A DNA stretch of 64,000 nucleotides from Oikopleura dioica (Eukaryota > Animalia > Chordata): assembly GCA_907165135.1 (NCBI GenBank), contig OU015567.1, forward strand, positions 12,276,001 to 12,340,000, read 5' to 3'. Shown here one piece after another: positions 15,677 to 26,025 of this stretch; within the stretch, counting starts at the first letter, position 1; each line of letters begins with the position of its first letter. Below the pieces are notes generated by a model that did not search any database, was not told the DNA's origin, and saw nothing but the letters and a program-made list of their open reading frames with translations. The translations under genes were made by a program, and so were the position numbers.

Positions 15677-16380
15677 TGAAATATTGCGCAATTTATTATT
15701 TTCTCATATAATCTATTAAATTATAAAACCAATGCAAATTATATTGAATATATGGCCATGCTCGGCCGTTATATGTCCACTTTATGCCGAATTCGGTCGA
15801 GTTTGGCCGGAGGACTTCCTCGAGGACCACCCTGGTTGAAAACTAACTGCTGGAAGATCAATATTCTGAAAATCAACAAAAAGCCCTGAAGGGCCATCTA
15901 TTGCCATTTTCGGATATCTTTAGTCACTTTCTGCTGGAAGATGTCCCGGAAGACACTTTTGCTGGAAGAAGAACTGCTTGAAGACCAAAATTAGAAAAAT
16001 AATATAAATAGCCGTGGTAAGCCCTTAATTGCCAATTTGGGTCGACTTAGGCCATACAATGCCGGAGGGCCTCTTGGAGGACCCTCTTGCTGGACAACAA
16101 ACAACTGGAAGACCAATATAAAATATGTTTCCTTTCTGATAAACTTATGCCAATTGCCTAAAAACTCAATCAAAACTCATTCTCTTCTTGCATGCATGAA
16201 GATAAAGAGGTGTTAAAATGGAAACTAAGTCGCGCGATGTCTTGCTGTGCCGACTTCTTCAGAGGATTGGAGGTGAGAAAATAAAAGTCTTCGGGATCGT
16301 GCCGTACTACTATCAGCTGCTTTTATCAGTTGTTCAAGGCATATTTAATCAAGTTGTGGACCAGTAATTTCAACAACAAC

Positions 16381-19300
16381 ATGAAACTTTCAGTTTTTCT
16401 TCAGTTTGTTCTCGCTTTTATAGTGGCCAATTTTGTAAATGACTGCTTAAAAGACAACAAAAAAGAAATAACTGAAACGTTTAAATGGTTTTTTGGTACA
16501 GAGACGTCAACTGAGAATGCGACAGCAACTAGAGAACGTCGGTCTGCTGAACAAGAGGAAGTCGACCATAGAAAATTGTCATTCAACGTTGAAGACAATT
16601 TTTTAACGACGTACGTTAACATTAATTTTATTTGGGGGATCAGTCAAGCTGATAGATTCGGAAAACTACTTCTGGCGCTCATGAGTTAGTCACCGTGACC
16701 CAGAATGGAAGAGCCGATGACGCACTTGCTCTGAATAAGTAACAGAAATACCTTAATATTTTTGGCATCCATTTTATTGATTTTGTAGTCAAAGAGGAGG
16801 GCAGACTGAAACAGACCAGAAAGGCACTCAGCTGGCGCCATACTTGACACTACTGAATTGAATATATGGAGTGTCAAAAGTAACAGAAAATGAAGCAAAA
16901 AAATCCAGAATATGTTATAAATATCCAAGTTGAGCAATTTAATTTTTCTATTTTGTGTTTTGCAAATTAATTTCGAAGATGGATCTTATTTTACATACAG
17001 TTATTCTTAATCAGAGTCAAAAATTTGAATAGCGCTACATAAACTTAATTGAAGCTTTTCTTTTTGTCTCTTTATTCAGATGACATTTCAAGCCTCTTAG
17101 CTCTTTAGATATTTTGGTATTCATGAGCTAGTCACCGTGATCCAAAATTAATATTTTAATAATCCTCTTAATAAATGACAAAAGAAAGCAATAAAAGCAT
17201 CATCAATTCCAATTATAGTTGATTATTTTGTTTGTTTATTTGAATTATTGTAAATTTAAAATATATATATTTGACATTTTGGTCATCATAAGTTAGTCAC
17301 CATGATCTTTAATAAATTGATACTACGAATAACTTTCAAATCATTAAAAAATAGATCTTCATTCAATTTTTGAAAGAAATTGGCCATCCTAGAAATTAAT
17401 AGGCAATTAAAATTATACCTCTCGGCTTAAAGTGGATCTCATATGAGTATAATGCGTTCTCTTGAGTTGAAAAATAATTATATAATTAATTTATTCAAAA
17501 TTTCAGTCAACACCACGCTCGATTTACATGTTGGATATCATGAGTTAGTCACCGTGATCCAAAATTTTAAAGTTGATGATTCTTTGAATAAATGTCAAAG
17601 ATAATAGAAGTTGTCTTTATGATTTACCAAGCTTATACCACATTTAAGGATACATGATTCAAATAATTTGGTCATAAGTCAACAAAAAATGATATCGTAC
17701 ACACTGGAGATGAAATATCCTGCGCCATCACCAATGAATATTGAGTTTTCGGATTCGGTGAACAATGAGAAAAATCCAGCCGATCTTTCTTGTGGCATAT
17801 TTCTAGGATCGGTGACATAATTTTATTTTTAATATAGCCATAAACACAAATTGTCACTTTGTTGAAGCTCATTTGCTCTCTCGAAACATCTATTTGATTG
17901 TTGAAACTTTTTCAACCTGAATGTTGAAAGCGAAACTGCAGAAGATATCGAGCTAATGAATCCTGAGTTGCGAAAATACTTAAATTCGATCACGAGTCAA
18001 ATAATATCGTCAGACGGCTGCACTCGGCGCCAACTTTTTCAATTATCTTTAAGGAGCGGAAGCTAGATTGATTATTTACTGTATTGAAATTGAATAATTT
18101 TGAGCCTCCTATAAAGATCTCGACAAACGAGCGAGCCAATAAAAGATACTTGTATCGACATTCTTATTGCATCTTTTCAAAGGTTCATCGTTTTTCGTTC
18201 TTCACTGGACAGAGAAGACAATTTGCTTCGACAGTTAATGATGAGAAACTTTATCGTTAGTTTCTCTTCTGATGAAAAAGAAAGACTTTTTCACTTCGAA
18301 AAACTTCAAGCTTAATAAACATCAGCGCGCTGAGGGATCCAAAACCTTCAATGAAAGAATAATGGATGGAGAATTCGTTTTTGTAGAGAAGAAAAGCTTC
18401 TTGAATTACGATTGGCTTCGTCTTTCTTGGATACCCTTAAAGATTCGATTAAATCATCGTCGATTTTCGATTACATGAGTCACGACATGTCTGATGACAT
18501 AGACGATGAGTCTGGAGGAAAGGGAAGACGCTCATTCGATTTTCGCAAGTCTATCGATGAGCTCAGCTATAGTTTGCCATACTTTGGTTCTTATCGAGGT
18601 AATTTTTAAGATTAAGCATCAAATAATCATATTGTAGCGCATAAACAGACCGATGATCTCGAGCGCCGAATAAGTTCTGCTCTAACGGAAATTGAGGGAA
18701 ATGAAAAGAGCATCGCTTTAGCTGTTGGAAAAATACGGGCAGAAGCATTGAAAAACGACGAGTCTCTATTACTTCAGGCAAGAAGTAATTCCATTGAGCT
18801 GATGGATGCCCTTGAGGATCATCGTCAACGCTACAAAAAACTTTCAAACTTTGTGAGATGTATCTTGACAAAAAGTCAGCCATGCGCTGATATAGGTATT
18901 TTTAACCAATAGCTTCGTTCAATTTATCTTTTTTAGACTATCACTCGCAAGGTTATTTGAAGGCGCTCTGTCGAGGTAGCCAAAATCAAAATACGACTGT
19001 CGCGGCTCAGTTAGAGATAGAAAATTCATGCGAACTTATTGGTAAGCTTGAGTAACCTTATCTTCATTAATTATATTAAAGTCGGAAATTATTTATACGC
19101 AATCGATGAGCCGCATGTAAGTCTCTACAAAGACAATCAGACCTTTATTGGACTACGAGTAACAAGTAATCTGAAAGACTATTCAAGATTTTCTATTATT
19201 TTGTTTAGTGGAAGTAAAAATGCCATCTGTTATAAGACGATACCATGAAGTCAAAGTTGAATCAAGAGGACGTATAAATTTCGATTCGTACGAAGTTCCT

Positions 19301-20048
19301 GATTTGAACGACGTCATCATCGTTCGCGAATATTCAAATAATGAAAATAGTTTCAGATCTTTCCCGAGAAACAAGTTGTATGAGAAATTTTGAAATTTAA
19401 TTAAAATGCTCCTAGTTGTCAACAGGGAATCGGAGAGGCTTATCTCTGTCCATTGGCTTCTTCAAAACCAGGATTCGGGATGTTTCAGTACATGCGAATC
19501 TCTCAATCACCTTTTGAATTCGGTCGCACACACTACCACACGAATCGAGTCTGTATAGAATCGGGAAAGCAATCTTTTGCTGTTATAAAAAAGGAAGAAG
19601 GCATTGAAAAAATAAGAAGCCAAGGTAAAAATAGAGCTTTTGAAAAATATTGACATTATTTAAGCTGGAATCATCTGTTTGAACCGCAAATTCCGAACCT
19701 ACACAGCCGAAATTAAATCAAGAACCTTTATTATTCCAAAAAATTGCATCAATTACTTTGACTCCCGATAGCTTGAATGATTTGTATCAGTTCTCTTCTT
19801 TGACCCAAGAGACTTATTCTTGGTCCCATAGTGCCTTGACGCTTTTCGCAAATGGTCTCAATCTTTCTTCGTTAACTTACGAAAAGATTGATACTTTCAT
19901 GTCAAGTTCACGAAAAAGTCCTATTAATTCTGTTATATCTTTTTTCGACATTTTAAAAAGTGACATTAAGCTCTTTCTGATTGTTGTCATGATTATCTTC
20001 TCGTTCTTGTTCATTTTTCAATTTGTATTACAAAATTATAGAGAATAA
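16381..20048 (+). CDS. Spliced type I membrane glycoprotein with class I viral fusion protein (env-like) architecture
   Basis: Signal peptide MKLSVFLQFVLAFIVANF and RERR|S site. Later KGRR|SFDFRKSIDELSYSLPYFGSY (18520-18598), a heptad-like exon 18639-18896 ending CILTKSQPC, and a C-terminal TM LFLIVVMIIFSFLFIFQFVL before the stop at 20048. GT-AG introns at 18599-18638 and ~18897-18937. Continuity of the 16.4-17.6 kb part with the rest is inferred. Confidence 0.55.
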
Positions 20049-20629
20049 AAGTATTGATATGAATTGAAATTATATTATAAAAATTAAGATTGGTCCTCAG
20101 AAACAAAGACATGATTTTGACTTGTTTGTTCACCGTCAGGTAGATAACACATTTGTTCTTTCAACGTCACTTTTATAGTTATGCTGCTCCAATCGGCGAG
20201 ATCGAACTTAATGGCTTCGAAATGACGATGATTGGTCTTCAGCGCCACCTTTATCATCTGCTTATAAGTCCAAGACTCTTTCAAATTATTTTCTTTGCCT
20301 ATCTCTTAAAGTTTGCTAAGAAAAATTACAAATACGTTTGCTTTGTCTTTTTCATATTTTTCGCCGAATTTCTGTATGACAAATATATAATGAAATAAAT
20401 ATGACGTTCGATTATAAACTTTCTTGTTTAAGAATGATCTTGTTTTATGTTCTTATTGGAACTCTTGTAGCGATCTTCTTAACGTCCTTTGTTCTAATGA
20501 CTCATGTCCAAGGAAAAAATGATCCAGCAAGATTAATTGTTGGTCCTCTCGTTATTATGAAAGACATGACAGGTAATTTTTTGTCAAACACAGTCATGAA
20601 AAAAATTTAGAATTTTCCGAATTTAAACA

Positions 20630-23600
20630 GTGTTCAAAATGCGCAAATTTCTTCAAAAAATGCTCTATTGATGATCATGAAAATACGTGCACTGGTAATG
20701 ACATGTTAACTAAAAAAAATAATATATTTTTAAAGGAACCAAATGTGTTAGTTGCGGCATTGTTTTTCCATTTCCTGACGAATACAATGAACATCTTTAT
20801 GGAAAGTGCAGATACAGACGTTATTATGATTCACCTCAGGAGTTAACTGTGCCAAAAAAAATGCCTCAACCTGGTACGATAAATCATATTTTCCATTGAT
20901 ATTTAATCTTTTATAAGGTCGACTCAGTCAGCGAAATAAACGAATACAATGTGTCTTTTGCTTACAAAACATCGCAAAGACAGAATTTTACAAAAATCAT
21001 AAAGAAGAATGCAATGGAATAAAATGCAGATGCTGTCTTATGAGTATTCCTGCATCCGTTTTTCCATCTCACGCAAAGCTTTGCACGCTTAACTTTCGTA
21101 AAGATCGCAAATCCGACAAAACAATGGACGAGATTTTGGAGATATTCGAAAATGATGTCAATCTCGATGATCCGAAAAAAAAATATTCAAAAGAAGACAG
21201 AAAACGACGATATGAAGAAACTAAACTTAATAAAGAAATAAGTGAAGAAGAAAAATTCATCAATCGGAAAATTCTACGACAAAATCCATCTTCAGAGAAG
21301 ACTATCAAGCTAGCGGCAACAAGAATCGAAGAAATACTCAAGTCTCTAGATGAGACGACGATTTCATCTGTGTTCTTCTCGCTGGGACTACTTGACATTC
21401 GTTTATGCAAGGATTTCGTAAATCGATTTGGAGAAATATCATCAGATGCAAAGAGATCTTTTCTTGCTGCTCTTGTTCCAACGAATCCTGATGAATCTTC
21501 TATCCCATACATTGTCAAATCTTTGAGCAAAATAAATGTTAGTAAACATTCAACACTCACCGCAATTAGCGATCGACCGAAAATTTTGGCTCATCAATCT
21601 GTCCGAAAAAACCGAAGTGAGTTACTGACTGTTGACGAAAAAAGAAAAATAGCGAAAACGTGGTTGGAGAATTCATGTCCTATCGTTTCGAAAAATCGCT
21701 CAACGATGAACTTGAGAAAATCAAAAGTCGAGGATTTTTGGCTTCAAATTTATAATGAAATTGGTGCTTTTTACGAAACGAAGAAGTTCAAGAAAGGCGA
21801 CGAAGAGATTGTTAAGGTGCAAAAATTTATTTTGTCGACGACAACGCATGAAGTTTATGCGCTTGCACGTGTGAAGTTGGGATACTTTGTTTCGGAACAT
21901 CTTCTGAATAAATTTCGTCCAAAAAACGTTGTTGTGAGGAACAGTGATAATTACTGGGGTCTTCAATGTCAATGCGAGAACTGTACGAATGGCGAATCTG
22001 CGATTAACTTTATTAACAAAGTTCGACGAGAATGTTTGTTAGAGGAAGAAAGAAAATCATATGAATGGGTGACACTGGAGAATTTTTTCAAGAAAACTGT
22101 TTGTGGTGCTTCAATTTTCGACAATTTCCACTGCGCAGATATTAAAAAACATAATCGTAAGTTTTTTTTTGATTCATTTATTGACACCATTTAAAGAATG
22201 CTTCCGTCACCTGAAGTACGATAAATCTTGTGAACGATGCAATCACGTTTGCGACGCGAGCGCTGTCGAAGACATTATAAAGGATCTTTTATCAAATAAA
22301 AAGGGATCGAAACATTATCGAATACCCCACTTTAAGGTAGAAAATAAGCAGAACTAAATAATAATTGACATGTCTTAAGGTTCAAGACAGCAAGGAAATC
22401 ATTTGGGTACCTCAAGGTTCCGAAACCGCTGTTATGACTTACGAAGAAGCTGTTGAATTTTGTTCTCAGAGCCTTAAAAAAATGCATGCTCATCATTTCG
22501 ACAGAAAACTGTCGCACGAAAAACGCATCAAATGTAACGCCGGTGAAGTCGAGCTCGATCGAAATCAAATTTATGTTGAGGTTTGCTTACATTTTGATTT
22601 ATTTAGTTAAATATGCAATAGTTCGATTATGGAAAAAGTTTTGGTATACTGCCATCAAGAAGAACCCAAGGACAGTTTCTGGTAAGGATTTAAATTTCGA
22701 TATCGAATCCTTATATATATTTTTTTAGAATAGTCAAACAGTTGCTAGCCTGACTTACGTTTTTTCTGCCTACGATTTTGATGAAGAAGAATGGTTTAGA
22801 TACGTCTTCCACGGGCTATCCTATGAGAAAGATATATCAAGCATCAAGATTCTTGAAGACCAAGCATTCGAGAGAGCGGCTAGCCGGGGTGTTGACCTTA
22901 CTGGTCGAAAAATTCTTGCTGTCAGCGATAATTCTGGTGGCGAATTTAAGGAAAGGGTCGACGAGAAAAAATAACGTTTGGTTTTCGAGATTTTTCGGTT
23001 ACGAGATACCCCAACTTTGACCGTTTATTGAAATTTTTTGGGTTTTTCCGCATTTCTGAGACAGAAATCCCGATTCTCGTCGACCTCCCCCTTAAGAATC
23101 GCTTCAGCCTTTCAATCTTGGAAAGTCTTCGTCCTACGTGCTTACGGTTTAAATGTCCGAGTCATGGCAAGCTAGGATAAGCAATTTATGCTGATTTTAT
23201 TTTGAATCAAGAATTTCAAAAAAAAATAATTGCAAATGCTTATTCGCTTCAAGTCTCTTATTGATGGTTATCATGGTTTTATTCCAAGTGTAGCTGACAA
23301 GTACAATTGCATTGATGAAGGATTAGATGTACCGGAGTTAATTGAGAAACTGAAAATTGAAGAGGATCGATTAAGAGCTGAAAGACCGTACGAAAGATAC
23401 TTCGAGCGCATTTTCGTAAATCTGGATGACTACGAGGGATTGGAGCGCAGAGAAGTGTTTCCTTCGCCTTTTCACTGCCGAAGAGTGCGGATGGCTTGTT
23501 ATTCGGAGGATCGATCAAAAATTCTTTTTACAAATACGATTTGCCCTGCAAACTGTATTCCCTGCGCTTCTGGTGACTTTTATCATTGCGAAACAACGAC

Positions 23601-24661
23601 TCGTGAGGTACTTGAGCGATCTGTGAGACACGCTGAACCTCGGGAAAGAGAAAAGAAGAAAAAGAATTCTTCTCAAAACAGGAGTCAAAGCCAAAGCCAG
23701 AGCAAAGTGCAAACTCAACGTGATAGTCAGGTTTGGAAGAGTTCGACGATTTCAGCCAATGATGATAGCGTCGAAATAACAATTGATGACGATGAAATAA
23801 TTGCAAAAAAGATTATACAACCCCTTCCAAAAATCATCGATCCGAAGAAAGGAGAAGAAGACATATTACGAATTTCTCCAAAACTCTCTTTACCCGAAAC
23901 AAATATCGATAATGGAATGTTGAAAGAAGCGATAAAAGAAATGACAAAAGAAAAGAGTTCAGATTACAAGAAAGAAATCAATGATCGTCGAAATGCCTTC
24001 AAAGCGAATAAACCGTATCATTTGGACCTTTTGGCGCATATAATTAATTTAATGCAAACCGAAATTCCTCAAAATTGTCTCGTTGTCGATCCAAACAAAA
24101 CTTCTGCAATTCTTGAAGAAGCAAAGAATGACATTAATAATTTCCTGCCGAAATTGTTACATTTCTATGACTGCGACATAGAAAGCATCAATCGAATCGT
24201 CTTCACCTTTCTGCTGAATGATCAGTCCTTCAGGGCAAAATCTTTTATTGGAATTGGGAGACGTAAGGGACATTATGTCGTCGTTGGTTTGTTAAAAGAC
24301 GAGAAAAAAATTATTCTTTATGATCACGAGAATGCTTATAAAGATGATTATTGGAATTATGGTAAGTAATTATTATTATGAAAAAATAAAACAATTTTCT
24401 TCAGTTGGCGAAGTTGTCACCAAAATATACAGTCATTTATGGGGAGATAATTTTGACATCTTCATTCCAGAGACGATGCCCCAGAATGCTGATGACTGTG
24501 GACCTCATTGTATTTTAAATACTGAAATTCTGTCCACTAAAAATTTCAATTTCATGAAATCGCCATATAAATTTACTCCTGCTGACATTTTAAATCTGCG
24601 GCAAATGCATCTCAAATCATGGATCAATAAGAAATATGAAAAAACTGCATATTTTGAATAA
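20630..24661 (+). CDS. Zinc-finger + Sola-like DDD transposase + Ulp1/C48 protease fusion (spliced)
   Basis: Four CxxC..H..C fingers (20630-21080), then CQCENCTN. Catalytic-type motifs VE/FDYGKSF..RTQGQF (~22620-22680), SDNSGGEFK/NR (22924-22950) and PSHGK/SLIDG (23157-23268), then H...CPANCIPC..GDFYHC. C-terminal GHY..YDH..PQNADDCGP. The start exon is uncertain. Confidence 0.75.
22950..23091. mobile_element. 142-bp MITE with TTAA TSD inside the transposase coding sequence
   Basis: TTAA at 22946-22949 and 23092-23095. Termini GGAAAGGGTCGACGAGAA / TTCTCGTCGACCTCCCCC match at 14 of 18 inverted positions. Confidence 0.75.
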
Positions 24662-24748
24662 ATATTTAATCAATAGATCGATGAGGTGAATGTCCTTAGT
24701 CTTTTTATTGTAATGAGAAGTTATTAAAAATTCAAAGGAACAAGAGAA

Positions 24749-25610
24749 TTAAAGCAGAAGTTTTTTTTGAAGAATTTGATACGCTATCAATTTTCTCAAG
24801 GTTGACGCGTGCTTTTGGGTAAAGGCGAAGACAGCATCGCGCGAAAGGTATTCTGCGAATGTCATAGCGAAAATTCCACAATCTTGAATATATTTAAATT
24901 TATGAAATTTTGCATAAACAAACCGAAATTATTCATCTGTCGAGGGATGTTTTCGGCGATTGATTCTATCTTCCAGTCCTGACTGAGAGGTTTTTCTTGT
25001 TTTAGCAGATGCTCGGCCTTTATAAAGGAATTCGATCAAAACATAAAGTTCAATAAAAATACCTTTAAGTATTCAAAAAGAGTCGTTACGCACTCAGTAT
25101 TGTATGCCCCTAATGAATCAAGGTAGCAAAGTCTTTTTCTTCTCATATCTGCATAAGCAAGAGTCCAATGATTTGGTTTCTTAGGAAAAGGCTCACTTGG
25201 AGTGGGAACAATCATATTTATCGGAAAGAAGACTAAATCGGATTGAAAAATGTTGAATTTTTTCGTCCATCGCTTCACAGAGTTGGGTCCGTGTTCTTTA
25301 AGCTTGGTGTAGAAGAAGCTACTCAACGATTTGATCCGAGGCATCGTTGAAAGTGTTTGGGATCGCATCTCGATCAATTTTAAGTAAAAATTGATCACCT
25401 AAAGGGAAGTGAAACATATTCTTAGTTGCTTATTTTTGGCAATTACCTCTCCATCAATCCAAGTGGATTCATTTAAGGTCTCCATGTCGGATTTGGTGAC
25501 AAACATTTGCGGTATCTCCGAAACGATGTCATTTGCATTCTTTCCCGCCAATGAGGATTTGACAAATTGACTCATCTCATCGGTGAATTTCGGAAAGGGA
25601 TCACTTAGAT
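24749..25610 (-). CDS. SENP1/Ulp1-like SUMO protease catalytic domain (upstream exons possibly to ~27200)
   Basis: TLNESTWIDGE/VINFYLKLI, SSFFYTKL..SVKRWTKK, NHWTL..YLDSLG, IPRQMNNF/DCGIFAMTFAEYLSR...LLL* ending at 24749. Confidence 0.88.
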
Positions 25611-25638
25611 ATTATTTTAAATTTTTTTTAGATTAAGC

Positions 25639-26025
25639 CAGGGCCGCAGCAAAAAAAAACCAGAATGGCCGCTCAGCCAATTCAAAAAATTTCTAGCAGT
25701 GGCTCAACTCAGCTTAGCTCAGTGATTTTAAAAAATGATGTGACCTGCCTAGCGCAACTTACACAATTATCACTCGGCTCAGCTCAGCTCAGCTCAGCTC
25801 AGCACAATTATTTTTGAATATGATCAGTTCTCCTTAGCTCAGCTCAGCACAATTATTTTAGAATATGATCAGCTCTGCTCAGCTCAGCTCACTGATTTTA
25901 AATAGTCTACTAGCTAAGCTCTGCTCAATGATCTCTGCGAAAGGCAGCTCAGCTCAGCTCAGCTCAGAGAATTTTCCGCGCAGCTCAGTTTAGCTCAGCA
26001 AAATAGAGAAAAAATTGCGACTCTA
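25639..26025. repeat. (GCTCA)n-rich repeat, probable non-autonomous hAT-like MITE
   Basis: Many CAGCT/GCTCA pentamer runs. Imperfect termini CAGGGCCGCA / TGCGACTCTA. No clean TSD seen. Confidence 0.6.

Noticed and set aside
16679-17566. Four ~28-bp repeats as a CRISPR array
   Set aside because: Spacers are about 140-410 bp and unequal, the context is eukaryotic and intron-rich, and there are no cas genes.
18563-18883. Minus-strand ORF starting MADFLSRY as a retroelement RNase H ADxLSR motif
   Set aside because: No RT, RNase H or integrase motifs surround it, and it is antisense to the spliced heptad exon of the env-like gene.
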